64,000 nt of DNA from Candidatus Binataceae bacterium (GCA_963798375.1 CAWCTG010000008.1:54571-118570); one strand, 5' to 3'. Numbered from the stretch's first letter, positions 43,883 to 54,674 are shown. Notes: a model not told the origin generated them from the sequence alone. Translations and numbers: made by a program.

Positions 43883-43887
43883 TCGTA

Positions 43888-44262
43888 GTGAAAGAGTTTG
43901 TGTCGCAGCTGAGTGCGCTTGGACAATCCGGCCGGCTTGAGATCTTCCGCCTGCTGGTGCGCGCCGGTCCGCAAGGAACCTGCGTCGAGCAGATCAAGCG
44001 ACGGGTCAAGATGCCGGGCTCGACCCTGTCTCATCACCTGGACGCATTGACCCGATGCGGGCTGCTGACGGCGCATCGCGCGGGGCGATTCATCTACTAC
44101 GCAATCAATTGGCCGAAAGCCGCAAAGTTGATCCAGTTCATGACCGAGGACTGTTGCGCCGGCCTTCACAAGACGCCGGGCGCATCGCGGGATCGTTCGC
44201 AATCAACTAATCGCCTCTCCCGTAAGATAGCGGGCAGGCATGGAGGTCACGATGAGCAATGA
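43888..44262 (+). CDS. arsR: ArsR/SmtB-family repressor
   Basis: LSALGQSGRLEIFRLLV...STLSHHL...GRFIYY...TEDCC (C-terminal CC As-binding type). Confidence 0.85.
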   Translation: MKEFVSQLSALGQSGRLEIFRLLVRAGPQGTCVEQIKRRVKMPGSTLSHHLDALTRCGLLTAHRAGRFIYYAINWPKAAKLIQFMTEDCCAGLHKTPGASRDRSQSTNRLSRKIAGRHGGHDEQ

Positions 44263-45073
44263 ATCGATAAGGGAAAAGGTCAGGGAAGAATACGCGCAAG
44301 CGGCGCGGCGAGTCTCGAATCCAAGCGGCTCATGCTGCGGCTCGGCGGCGCCCGCGGGAAACCCGATCACGTCGAATCTCTACCACGAGGGCGAGACCGC
44401 ATCGGTTCCCGCCCAGGCGCTTGCCGCGTCGCTGCGATGCGGGAATCCAACCGCGCTGGCCGAGTTGAAGCCGGGCGAAACCGTGCTCGACCTGGGCTCG
44501 GGTGGCGGCATCGACGTGCTGCTCTCCGCGCGAAGAGTCGGGCCGGCGGGCAAGGCGTACGGGCTCGACATGACCGACGAGATGCTCGCGCTTGCGCGCG
44601 ATAACCAGCGCAAAGCGGGCGTCCAGAACGTCGAATTCCTCAAAGGCGAGATAGAGCATATTCCGCTGCCCGACAATTCGGTGGATGTGATCATCTCGAA
44701 CTGCGTGATCAATCTCTCGGCCGACAAGGATCGCGTGCTGCGCGAAGCGTTCCGCGTGCTGAAACCAGGAGGACGAGTCGCCGTTTCGGACATCGTGGTG
44801 CGCGGTGAGATGCCCGGCGAGATTCGCCGCCGCGTCGAATTGTGGGCCGGATGCATCGCGGGTGCGCTGGAGGAATCGGAATACCAATCGAAGCTGGCCG
44901 CGGCCGGATTCGAACAGATCGAAGTAGAACCGACACGGATCTACACCGCGGCTGACGCGAAGGGATTTCTTGCGGAAAATCCGGACCTCGAGAAATTCGC
45001 GCAGATGGCGGACGGCAAATTCATGAGCGCTTTCGTTCGCGCTCGCAAGCCGGCCGCCGCGAGGAAATCGTGA
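44252..45073 (+). CDS. arsM: Arsenite S-adenosylmethionine methyltransferase
   Basis: SCCG, CGNPTALA, VLDLGSGGGID, SNCVINLS, WAGCIAGAL; downstream of arsR. Confidence 0.9.
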   Translation: MSNESIREKVREEYAQAARRVSNPSGSCCGSAAPAGNPITSNLYHEGETASVPAQALAASLRCGNPTALAELKPGETVLDLGSGGGIDVLLSARRVGPAGKAYGLDMTDEMLALARDNQRKAGVQNVEFLKGEIEHIPLPDNSVDVIISNCVINLSADKDRVLREAFRVLKPGGRVAVSDIVVRGEMPGEIRRRVELWAGCIAGALEESEYQSKLAAAGFEQIEVEPTRIYTAADAKGFLAENPDLEKFAQMADGKFMSAFVRARKPAAARKS

Positions 45074-45873
45074 AGTCAATAACCGGTGTCAAGGTCGCGG
45101 ATGTCGTCTCCGTCTATAGCGGTGCGCCGGGCGACCTCTTTCAACTTATGTTTGGGCAGCAAATTCACGTAGGAGGAATGAAGGCGTCGATCGATCTGGC
45201 GGATCGCGCCGGAGTCGCGGCCGGGATGAAGGGGGTCGATCTCTGTTGCTGCAACGGCGCGGACATGCGCTTTCTGGTGCGGTTTCGCAACGTCGCCTCG
45301 ATGGTCGGCGTCGATGTAACCGAAGCAATAGTCGAGCGCGGGCGGCGGCTGACCCGCGAAGAAGGTCTGGACGACAAAATTCGATTCATTCTCGCCGATG
45401 CCTGCCAAAGCGGCCTGCCGTCGGCCAGCGCGGATTTCATATGGAGCGAAGATGCGTGGTGCTACGTCCCTGACAAGCCAAGGTTGATTGCGGAGGCGGC
45501 GAGGATCGTTCGTCCCGGAGGCATGATTGCGTTCACCGACTGGGTTGAGGGGCCTGCGGGACTATCCGATTCCGAGGCTCAGGGCTTTCTCGGCTTGATG
45601 ACGTTCGCCAACGTCGAGGACATTGCGGGCTACGCCAAACTGCTCTCGGCAAACGGCTGCAAGGTGAGCGTCGCCGAAGACACCGGGCGGTTCGCGAGCC
45701 ATGCGGAGTTATATCTCAACATGATTGAGATGCAGCTTATGTATGATGCCCTGCGGCCTCTCGGGTTCCGCACCGACCTGCTGGAAACCTTCCTCGGTGG
45801 GTTCCGTTTCCTCGCTGAGCTGGCGCGTGCCGGCAAGATCGCGCAGGCGCGGTTTATCGCCCGGCGCGTCTAG
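45070..45873 (+). CDS. Class I SAM-dependent methyltransferase (sarcosine/dimethylglycine- or sterol-MT-like)
   Basis: QIHVGG, VDLCCCNG, FIWSEDAWCYVPDK, RPGGMIAFTDW; GTGA overlap with arsM. Confidence 0.82.
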   Translation: MKSITGVKVADVVSVYSGAPGDLFQLMFGQQIHVGGMKASIDLADRAGVAAGMKGVDLCCCNGADMRFLVRFRNVASMVGVDVTEAIVERGRRLTREEGLDDKIRFILADACQSGLPSASADFIWSEDAWCYVPDKPRLIAEAARIVRPGGMIAFTDWVEGPAGLSDSEAQGFLGLMTFANVEDIAGYAKLLSANGCKVSVAEDTGRFASHAELYLNMIEMQLMYDALRPLGFRTDLLETFLGGFRFLAELARAGKIAQARFIARRV

Positions 45874-45890
45874 GAATCTCGGATCGTCGC

Positions 45891-46244
45891 TTAGGCGCGC
45901 AGCAGGTCGCCGAGGCGGGCGGTGAATTCGCTGCGCGAGAGCGTCAGCTCGTAGCCTGCTTCGCGGGCGGCCTTCAGCGGTTTCAAATCTACGTGCGAGG
46001 CGAATCCGATCGCGCGCGCGCCGGGAGCCGCCGCGCGGATTTGTTTCAGGGTCTCGAGTGCGGGAAAGGCGTCGTCGGAGAGATCGGTGAAGACGACCGA
46101 CGGTTTCAATTCGGCGCATCGCGAGGCAACTGCCTCGAGCGTCGAGGCGTAGCCGACCTCGGCGCCGACGGCGGCGGCCACAGCGTCGATCTTCGAGCGG
46201 AAGAACAAGTCGCGGATTAGACCGAGTGCGATTTGACGGCTCAT
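45891..46244 (-). CDS. Stand-alone atypical receiver-domain protein
   Basis: DLFFRSKI, PSVVFTDL, IGFASHVD...AREAG; conserved Lys not evident. Confidence 0.65.
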   Translation of the reverse strand: MSRQIALGLIRDLFFRSKIDAVAAAVGAEVGYASTLEAVASRCAELKPSVVFTDLSDDAFPALETLKQIRAAAPGARAIGFASHVDLKPLKAAREAGYELTLSRSEFTARLGDLLRA

Positions 46245-46408
46245 GACCTGGCGCTCAGGGAATCCCGCGATTCAATACTTCATCCATCACATTAACTCCT
46301 GAAAAAGCGGCGTTTCCTTATCCGCGTGCGCGATTGCTACTGGATTTATCAGAGCGGCGCCCCTCTTCGCCATCGGCAGCGAGGCTTGCAAAGACCGCCG
46401 CTCTGGAG

Positions 46409-46429
46409 TAAGTGTCAGATTGACGCAAA
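46409..46429 (+). promoter_or_regulatory. Putative NrtR binding site
   Basis: taagtGTcagattgACgcaaa fits the 21-bp GT-N7-AC NrtR box, upstream of nadA-nrtR. Confidence 0.65.
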
Positions 46430-46462
46430 GTAGCGGCGGCAAAACGGTGAGGAGGACTCACG

Positions 46463-47476
46463 GTGAACGAATCGGTTGAAACTGCGGTTAGCGGAAGCGC
46501 GTTGCGCGACAAGCTCGCGGTGCTCGGCAATGAGAGCTACACGCCTGACACGTGCGAGCGCTACGCGGACATGATCGCGGAGATCAAGCAGCTCAAAAGA
46601 GCGCGCCGCGCGGTGGTGCTCGCGCACAACTATCAGCGGCCGGAGATTTTCGAGGTCGCCGATTTTATCGGCGACTCGCTGGAACTCGCGCGCAACGCGC
46701 GCGACGTGCGCGACGCCGACGTGATCGTCTTTTGCGGCGTTCACTTCATGGCCGAGACCGCCAAGGTCTTCAACCCCGATCGCAAGGTGCTGCTGCCCGA
46801 TCTGAAGGCCGGATGCTCGCTGGCGGACAGCGTGACGGCCGAGCGGCTGGCGGATCGCAAGGAAGAACTGCTCAAGATTTATCCCGACCTTAAGGTGGTC
46901 TCGTACGTCAATTGCACGGCCGACGTCAAAGCGCTGTCGGACGCGTGCTGCACGTCGTCCAACGCGGCGAAGATCGTCGAGCGTATCGACTCGGACAATA
47001 TCCTGTTCGTGCCCGATCAGAATCTCGCCGACTACGTGCAGCGGCAGACGCGCAAGCGGGTAATTTCATGGGACGGCAACTGCTACGTTCATCACCAGAT
47101 AACTCCCGACGAGATAAACAAGGTCAAGCGCGCGATTCCCGGCATCAAGGTGATTGCGCATCCCGAGTGCCGCCGCGACGTGCTCGCGCTTGCCGACGCG
47201 GTGTTGTCCACCAGCGCGATGATCGGTTATGCGCGCAGCAGCGACGCCGACAAGTTCCTGGTGGTGACGGAATGCGGGCTCTCGGACCGCCTGCTGATGG
47301 AAATTCCCGACAAGCACTTCTACAAGGTGTGCAAGCTATGCCGGTTCATGAAGATGATCACGCTCGAGGGCACCCTCGATTCGCTGCGCCATCTGCGCTA
47401 CGAAATCGAACTTCCCGAGGACGTGCGCGCGGGCGCGAAGCGGGCCCTGGAGCGCATGCTCGAGCTGAGCGTCTGA
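46463..47476 (+). CDS. nadA: Quinolinate synthase
   Basis: LAHNYQ, GDSLEL, FCGVHFMAE, AGCSLA, YVNC, CYVH, AHPEC, CRFMK. Confidence 0.95.
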   Translation: MNESVETAVSGSALRDKLAVLGNESYTPDTCERYADMIAEIKQLKRARRAVVLAHNYQRPEIFEVADFIGDSLELARNARDVRDADVIVFCGVHFMAETAKVFNPDRKVLLPDLKAGCSLADSVTAERLADRKEELLKIYPDLKVVSYVNCTADVKALSDACCTSSNAAKIVERIDSDNILFVPDQNLADYVQRQTRKRVISWDGNCYVHHQITPDEINKVKRAIPGIKVIAHPECRRDVLALADAVLSTSAMIGYARSSDADKFLVVTECGLSDRLLMEIPDKHFYKVCKLCRFMKMITLEGTLDSLRHLRYEIELPEDVRAGAKRALERMLELSV

Positions 47477-47535
47477 GCGCCAACGCACAAGCCGTCGCGG
47501 CCGGCGCGACGCGCGGCCAGCGGCTGGCGCGGCCG

Positions 47536-48174
47536 ATGGTCGCGGTGGACACCGTGCTGTTCGCGATCAACGGCGGCCGCCTGCAGACCTACCTGGTCGA
47601 GCTGCGCCGCGGACCGGGTCGCGGGCGGTGGGCGTTTCCGGGCGGGCTGGTGCGAGTGGGGGAACTGCTCGACGAGGCGGCGCGGCGCGAGCTTTACGAT
47701 TCGACCGGACTTCGCGGCGCTTATCTCGAGCAGCTGTTCACGTTTGGAGATCCGTCGCGCGACCCGCGTGCGCACGTGGTATCGGTCGCCTACATGGCGC
47801 TGATTCCCGACCCGCAGGGCATCGGCGCGCCATGCGACAAATACGCGACCGGCAGATGGTACGAAGTCGCGCGCCTGCCGCAGCTTGCGTACGATCATTC
47901 GCTGATGGCCGCGTATGCGGTCAAGCGGCTGAAGTCGAAACTCGAGTACACCAATATCGCGTATGCGTTGCTGCCGCGGGAATTCACCTTCGCCGAGTTC
48001 GAGGAACTATACTCGGTCATCCTGGGCCGCCCGCTCGATCGGCGAAACTTCCGCCGGCGCATTCTCGCGATGGGCCTGCTCAAACGCCTGCCGCATACGC
48101 GGCGCGGACCGCATCGGCCGGCCGCTCTATACAGTTTTGCCAATCAAAGCCTAAGATTCATCGAGATGCTATAA
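47536..48174 (+). CDS. nrtR: NrtR regulator (NUDIX plus winged helix)
   Basis: AVDTVLF, WAFPGG...AARREL, YLEQLFTFGDPSRDPR, LAYDH, DRRNFRR, RPAALY. Confidence 0.88.
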   Translation: MVAVDTVLFAINGGRLQTYLVELRRGPGRGRWAFPGGLVRVGELLDEAARRELYDSTGLRGAYLEQLFTFGDPSRDPRAHVVSVAYMALIPDPQGIGAPCDKYATGRWYEVARLPQLAYDHSLMAAYAVKRLKSKLEYTNIAYALLPREFTFAEFEELYSVILGRPLDRRNFRRRILAMGLLKRLPHTRRGPHRPAALYSFANQSLRFIEML

Positions 48175-48195
48175 TTTCCGGCTGCGGAGAAACTC

Positions 48196-48618
48196 ATGTT
48201 CAATGGAGCCAGAGGGATTGTCGCACTGACAGCCGCCGCGGTGGTGGTGGTGGCAATCGCTTACGGCGGCTATGTCTCGACTCAGGCGCAGCCGCCGGCG
48301 GACCAGATCGTCGCGGCCTCCGATCCTGCGGCGCGGCTGCGGGTTACGCTGGACCCGAAGAATTTCCAGGGCAATGTGCGCGAGGCATATGAGATCGCCG
48401 AGCGCGATCCCAAGCTGCTGGCGCAATTGCATTGCTACTGCGGATGCGACAAGACGGACGGGCACAAGAACCTGCTCGATTGCTACCGTGACACGCATGG
48501 CAGCAGGTGTGCGATCTGCATCGGCGAGGCTCACGATGCGGAGTCGATGGCCGGCCGGGGCATGCCGGTCGAACAAATCCGCGACGCATTGCGCGCGCGT
48601 TACGCCCACGGGAGCTGA
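48196..48618 (+). CDS. PCYCGC-motif putative metal-binding exported protein
   Basis: N-terminal TM; HCYCGC...GHKNLLDCY...HGSRCAIC. Confidence 0.8.
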   Translation: MFNGARGIVALTAAAVVVVAIAYGGYVSTQAQPPADQIVAASDPAARLRVTLDPKNFQGNVREAYEIAERDPKLLAQLHCYCGCDKTDGHKNLLDCYRDTHGSRCAICIGEAHDAESMAGRGMPVEQIRDALRARYAHGS

Positions 48619-48620
48619 GC

Positions 48621-49238
48621 TTGGTCGGGCTGATCTCCGGGTACATCGAACACTTCACCTATCTTGGATTGTTCGTTGTTCTGATGTTGTGCGGACTTGG
48701 AATGCCGATTCCGGAAGACGTGGCGCTGCTCGCGGGCGGCTACTTGGCGCATCGCGGGGTCACGCGCTACCCGATCACGCTGGTGGTCTCGCTGCTGGGC
48801 GTAGTCGCGGGCGACAACTCCCTGTTCTTTATGGGCCGGCGCTTCGGCACCGGACTGGTGCGCTACTTCGCGCTGGCGTGGCCGGGCCGGCAGCATCAGA
48901 TCGAGCGTATCGAGTCTTTCATGAAGCGGCATGGGGCTCGCGCGATCTTTTACGCCCGGTTCCTGGCCGGTCTGCGCGCCTTGGTCTATTTGTCGGCGGG
49001 ATCTTTCGGCGTGCGCCCGGCGGTGTTTCTGCTCTACGATCTGCTCGGAGCGCTGATATCGGTGCCGATCGTCGTAACCCTGGGCTACATTTTCGGCAAG
49101 CAAATCGAGATGATCGTCAGATACGTCGGCGGCTTCGAGCGGCTGATTCTGATCGTGGCGATCCTGAGCGCCGCGGTGTACGTGACCCGGGCGCTGGTGC
49201 TGCGCAAGACCAACGAGCCCGTGAGCAAAAGCGGATAG
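48621..49238 (+). CDS. DedA family membrane protein
   Basis: GMPIPEDVALLAGG, GDNSLFFMGR, ARFLAGLR. Confidence 0.9.
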   Translation: MVGLISGYIEHFTYLGLFVVLMLCGLGMPIPEDVALLAGGYLAHRGVTRYPITLVVSLLGVVAGDNSLFFMGRRFGTGLVRYFALAWPGRQHQIERIESFMKRHGARAIFYARFLAGLRALVYLSAGSFGVRPAVFLLYDLLGALISVPIVVTLGYIFGKQIEMIVRYVGGFERLILIVAILSAAVYVTRALVLRKTNEPVSKSG

Positions 49239-49365
49239 GTCGAATTATTGGGGAATTATATTCTTGACCCCCTCGGCTAAAGGTCCGAGCCCCCGAAGCG
49301 TGGAAAACCCAATAAGCGAACCGCGCCGCGCAAGCAGCTTGGCTAACGGGCGCTAGGCGCAATCA

Positions 49366-50880
49366 ATGACAAGGCGAAGCGCGCTGATAGATACGCGCGT
49401 AATCTACTGCGGCGACTGGCTCGACCAGCTTGCGGCGCTTCCGATCACTGCGTTGACCTGATCTACATCGATCCGCCGTTCAACTCGAATCGGAACTACG
49501 AGGTCTTCTGGGGCGAGACGAAAGAGAAGCGCTCTTTCGAGGACCGCCACGCTTCGACCCAAGCCTATATCGAGTTCATGCGCCCGCGATGCGTCCAGCT
49601 TGCTCGCGTTCTCAAGCAAACGGGCAGCTTTTACTATCACTGCGACTGGCACGCGAGCCACTACGTCAAGGTGATGCTCGACCAGATTTTCGGCGAGAAC
49701 AGCATTCACAATGAGATTATCTGGAAGCGGAGCCGCTCAGAGCGACGCCGCAAGGCAGCAAACACTCGGCCGCATCCACGATACGCTTCTGCTCTACCGG
49801 CCGGTGCGAGGACTATACTTCGAACAGCTCTACAAGCCGCTATGAAGACGAATATCATTGAACAAATTATATCGCCAGGTTGAGACGGAAACGGGGCGAC
49901 GGTATCAGCTTGGTGACAATCTTGGGGCTCCGGGCGGCGGTGCACCCTCCAAGGGCAACCCGCACTACGAGGTTCTTAGGCGTAACGGGCTACTGGCGCT
50001 ACAGCAGAGAGCGGATGCAGCGAACTGAATGAGCAAGGGCGAATTGTCCAAACCAAGCCCGGTGTAGTGCCCCGATACAAGCGTTATTTGGATGAAGGCA
50101 ATGGGCGTTCCTATGCAGAGTCGCTCTGGGATGACATCCGCCAATCAATTCACGAGCACACGACTCAGAGCGGCTCGGCTACCCGACGCAGAAGCCGACT
50201 TAAATTGACTGGATCAGGATTCTAGAAATTCAGCAGCAGCCAAGCGACATCGTACTCGATGCTTTTTGCGGCTGCGGTACGGCACTGGTTTCCGCGAGAA
50301 TCTTGGTCGTCAATGGATCGGCATCGATATTTCCCCGACTTCCTGCCGCGTGATGGCAAACGGCTCCGCAACGAATGCGCGCTGCGCGAGAATGAGGACC
50401 TGTGGCGTGACGGACGTGGCTTCATCGTGCGCGATCTCCCGAGATCGGAAGCGGAACTTCGCAAGATCCCGCCGTTCGAGTTCGAGAACTGGGCGGTGAT
50501 CGCGCTTGGCGGAATCCCGAACAAGGCGCAAGTCGGCGACAAGGGAATCGACGGACGCATTTATCCGGTGTCGGCCACGAACATCGAAAGATGCGCTCGA
50601 CAGCGCGAGCGCGAAGCGGGTGCCCACGAATTGGGCTTCATGGATCAATGGTATCCAATCCAAGTCAAGCAGAAGGACAAAACCGGCCGCCCGGACATCG
50701 ATTCGTTTCCGGCCGTGATGGCCCGCGAGGAACGAACCAAAGGCATCTTTGTCTCGTTCGATTCTTCCTCGGATGCGATGACCGAAATGGAAAGCTACTT
50801 TCGGCAGACGGGCAAGGTAATCGTGCCGCTCACGGTCAATGAAATTCTCGATGGACAATCGCCCAGAATTGGCCTAGCGA
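49366..50880 (+). pseudogene. N4/N6 DNA methyltransferase fused to an Mrr-like/PD-(D/E)XK C-terminal domain, multiply frameshifted
   Basis: Fragments in shifting frames: IYCGD, VDLIYIDPPFNSNRNY, GSFYYHCDWHASHYVKVMLD, YPTQKP, VLDAFCGCGT, WIGID, FEFENW...DKGIDG...IQVKQ. Confidence 0.8.
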
Positions 50881-50885
50881 AGCCG

Positions 50886-51579
50886 ATGCCGTGGCAATTC
50901 TTCCAGTATTTGCGCGCGCTCATGAAGCACGCTTGGGCTATTCTTGCGGCGATTGGCGGCAGTGCTCTGCTTGCACTGCCGAGTTTGGTAAGGCCGGCCC
51001 TATCGCCCACCTGGCAAAGACAATTGGATTCGTTGCTCACTTCGAGCCCGACCGAGATTCGGCACGCCTATTTGGTGCTCCTCCCGGTCGGCTTCTTCTG
51101 GGCTACATATCGCGCATGGAAGGAAGAGAATGATGCTCGTATCAAGGCTGAGAAGGAGTCTCCCGCCGATCTTCGGGCCGAACTTGCTTCGGTCAGGACG
51201 GAACTCGAAGGGTTACGGCGGCATCAGCAACGTTCGATCACTCGCCAACAATGGGACGCGATAAACGGCCTATCGATTGTCTCCGCAGCAACGGCCCAAG
51301 CTCGCAATTAAGACTCCCTTCAACGTTCGGAGGCCGAAAAGTACGCTCAAGATTTTGAAGGATTGTTCTATTGTGGTCGAGCCGCGATGCGAAGTCGACG
51401 CCGATATGAAGGGGCTGATTGTGCGCGTTCACAATCGCAGCGCGCCATCGACCGAAGCCCGGTTTTTCTCGCAAACACTTAGGGCCGCGGGGATCGCTAA
51501 CGAAATTAAGGAACTAGAACTTCAATTTCCCATCAATCCAAATCTTGACTGTGAGCTGGTGATCGGTGGGAACGATTGA
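50886..51579 (+). CDS. Hypothetical membrane protein, probable frameshift near 51270
   Basis: Two TM segments plus a coiled coil, continuing in another frame to 51579; lower GC. Confidence 0.45.
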
Positions 51580-51764
51580 GCATTTCCCGTTTGCGCTTTG
51601 CGGCACGCTTTTTCTGGGCGCGTGTTCGTGTTGATGGCGGGTCGTCCGAATCAGAATCTGGCCTCTCACGTTGCTGCCTATTTTGCGACTTTGGCGGCAG
51701 GGGAGCCACGTATATAATTCTCTATTATTGCATGGCCGTGCCGGCCTGCCCGACGACATCGAAA

Positions 51765-53265
51765 ATGGAATCATACTTTCCCGCGCTGAACCTCAAGGCG
51801 AAACTGATCGTGCTGATGGTGGGCCTGCTCGGGCTTACGCTCGGCACCGAGGTGTGGGTGAGCCTGGGCACGCAGGCAGCGATCGTCGCGACCACCCAGG
51901 AGAGGGTCAAGGACCTGGCGCGCGTGATCCAGATCAGCGTGCAGGAGCTGACCGCGGTCGGCGGCACCGATCGCGATCTGCTGCACACACTACGTGGGCG
52001 ACCTGCACACCAAAGGACTCGAAGTGTCGATCGCGTCGAGCGAAAATCTGATCCTCAACAGCTCCAATCCGCATCTGATCGGTGCGGCGCTGCGGCCCAA
52101 GCAGGCCGAATGGCTTACGCCCGAGCAACTCAAGCATCCCGATGACCTGGTGACTATTCCGGCCGGCAAGCTCGGTCCGCTCGCGCCGGAGACCACGGTC
52201 TATCTGATTCCGGTCAAGGTCGAGGATCATCTGCTTGGCTACGTGCAGGTGGTGGCGAATTTTGGCGACTTCGCGCAGCCGCTGGCGCAGAGCCGGACCC
52301 GTGAGCTGGTGATCGCGTTTGCCATTTTCGCAATCGGCCTGGTCTTCGCTTACATCCTCGCCGATCGCTACGTGAAGCCGATTCATGCGGTCGCGAACGC
52401 GGCGCAGAATATCGCGGCGCGTGGCCTGGAGCCGGTTCTGGAGGCGCATCGGCGCGACGAGATCGGCTTGCTCACGCGCAGCTTCAACGACATGGTCGGC
52501 CAGCTCCGGCGTGCGCGCGAGCGCGAGCAGGAACTGAACCGGCTCGAACGATTCACGGCGCTCGGGCAATTGGCCGGCGGCCTGGCGCATGAAATCAAGA
52601 ACCCGCTGAACTTCATCAGCCTTGCACTCGATCAGCTCCGCGCGCGCTATGCTCCGCAGCAGCCCAACGATCGCGAGGCGTTTCTGCATCAGCTCGTGAT
52701 CATGAAGGACGAGCTGCGGCGGTTGTCGGAGCTGGTGCAAAGCTTTTTGCATTACGGCAAGCCGATCGAGATATTCCCGGCGCCCACCGACGTGCGTCGA
52801 CTGGTGGACCAGGTCGTGGCGCTGTCGGAGTCGAAAATGAAAAGCCAGGGGATCGAGCTGGCCGAGGAATGCAAGGAGGCGTCCCCCATGCTCAACGTCG
52901 ACGCCGAGAAACTCCGCACCTGCTTTATCAACGTGGTCGCCAACGCGATCCAGGCGATGCCCGAAGGCGGCACGATGGGTATTGCATTTCGGCGCATCGA
53001 TGGCTCGATGGTGATTACTTTTTCGGACACCGGCGCGGGTATCGAGGCTGAAGTCGTGAACCATGTCTTCGAGCCGTTTTTCACCACCAAGCGCGAAGGA
53101 ATCGGCCTCGGGCTGTTCCTGTCGAGGGCGATTGTCGAGACCCACGGCGGTACAATCGATATCGGACCCAACGCGGACGGACCCGGAACCACAGTAACTT
53201 TCACCTTCCCGCCAAGCGCGGTACACGGACACAATCATGACTCAGGCCTCAGTGCTGGTCGTTGA
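51765..53265 (+). CDS. Sensor histidine kinase (HAMP, HisKA, HATPase), frameshift near 51987
   Basis: TM1 in the first frame; DEIGLLTRSFN, LAHEIKNPL, NAIQAM, DTGAGI, FEPFFTTK, GLGL; shift in a CACACAC tract. Confidence 0.88.
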
Positions 53266-54655
53266 AGACAACGACCTCGAACGCCAGATCACCGCGGACA
53301 CGTTGCGCGAAGAGGGATTCGCGGTCGAAGAGGCTGCGGTCGGCAAGCGCGCGATCGAGTTGCTGGCGCTGTCGCGTTTCGACGTCGTGCTGACCGACCT
53401 CATGATGCCGGGGATGTCGGGCGAAGAGCTGCTCGCGAAAGTGCGCGGCGCGTATCCCGGCAGCCAAGTGGTGGTGCTGACGGCGCACGGCTCGACCGAC
53501 AGCGTCGTGCAAGCGATGAAGGCGGGCGCGTTCGACTACCTCGAGAAGCCGACCGATCGCGAGAAACTCGTGACGCGGGTGGCCAAGGCGGCGGAATTCG
53601 CAAACCTGCAGCAGGAAAATCAGCTGCTGAAGCGGCGCCTGGAAGGCACTTTCGAAATCGAGGGCATCATCGGACAGGACGCCGCCATCCAGGAAGTAAT
53701 CCGGCTGGTGCGGCGGGTCGCGCCTTCGAATTCGACGGTCCTTATCCAGGGCGAGAGCGGGACCGGCAAGGAAATCGTGGCCAAGGCGATCCATCGGCTA
53801 TCGCCGCGCGCGGCGCGGCAGTTCGTCGCGATCAATTGCTCGGCGATTCCCGACAATTTGATCGAGAACGAACTGTTCGGCCACGAGCGCGGCGCGTTCA
53901 CCGGCGCCAACGAGCGCAAAATAGGGCTGTTCGAGAGCGCCGACAAATCGACGCTGTTTCTCGACGAGATCGCCGACCTGCCGCAGGGGATGCAGGCGAA
54001 AATTCTGCGCGTCCTGCAGGAAAAAGAACTCCGCCGCGTCGGCGGCAACGATTCCTTTCGCATCGACGTGCGCCTGGTCGCCGCGAGCAATCGCAACATC
54101 GCCGAGGAAGTCGGCGAGGGCCGCTTCCGCGAGGATCTCTACTATCGCATAAACGTCGTGACCATCACGTTGCCGCCGCTGCGCGATCGGCGCGGCGACA
54201 TTCCCCTGCTCGCCAATCACGCTCTGGCCAAGTTTGGACATCTTGCGGAAGGCCGCGTCAAAGAGATCGGCCGCGAGGCGATGGAAGTCCTGCTCGACTA
54301 CTCGTGGCCCGGCAACGTGCGCCAGCTCGAGTCCGCGCTCGAACGCGCCATCCTGCTCTGCGAGGGGGACAAGGTGATGCCGCGCGATTTGCCGCAGGAA
54401 GTCCTGTCGCGCAAGAAGCCGGGCCGCAGCAGGGACGGTCAGCGCGGCGACAGGTATGAGATTCCGAGCGAGGGCTTCAACTTCGAAACGTTCGAGCGCG
54501 ACGCAATCCTGCAGGCGCTCGAACGCAACGATTGGGTGATCGCAAAGGCGGCGAAAATGCTCGCCATGAGTTATCGGACTCTGCAATACCGAATCGACAA
54601 GTTCGGACTGAAGCGTGGAGAACAGCCCAAGCCGCCCCCGGCCGAAGTGAAGTGA
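53237..54655 (+). CDS. Sigma54-dependent NtrC/AtoC-family response regulator
   Basis: Receiver (VEDN, TDLMMP, KP), GESGTGKE, GAFTGA, WPGNVRQL, Fis-type HTH. Confidence 0.93.
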   Translation: MTQASVLVVEDNDLERQITADTLREEGFAVEEAAVGKRAIELLALSRFDVVLTDLMMPGMSGEELLAKVRGAYPGSQVVVLTAHGSTDSVVQAMKAGAFDYLEKPTDREKLVTRVAKAAEFANLQQENQLLKRRLEGTFEIEGIIGQDAAIQEVIRLVRRVAPSNSTVLIQGESGTGKEIVAKAIHRLSPRAARQFVAINCSAIPDNLIENELFGHERGAFTGANERKIGLFESADKSTLFLDEIADLPQGMQAKILRVLQEKELRRVGGNDSFRIDVRLVAASNRNIAEEVGEGRFREDLYYRINVVTITLPPLRDRRGDIPLLANHALAKFGHLAEGRVKEIGREAMEVLLDYSWPGNVRQLESALERAILLCEGDKVMPRDLPQEVLSRKKPGRSRDGQRGDRYEIPSEGFNFETFERDAILQALERNDWVIAKAAKMLAMSYRTLQYRIDKFGLKRGEQPKPPPAEVK

Positions 54656-54674
54656 CAGCAGGACTCAGCGGTCG

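Noticed and set aside
43234-43887. N-terminal extension of ArsR (342-aa ORF); likewise the long NrtR and MlaF ORF calls
   Set aside because: The extensions overlap other genuine genes; family similarity starts only at the downstream start codons
49240-49365. tRNA or other RNA gene as island integration site
   Set aside because: No cloverleaf, T-loop GTTCRA or CCA end recognisable
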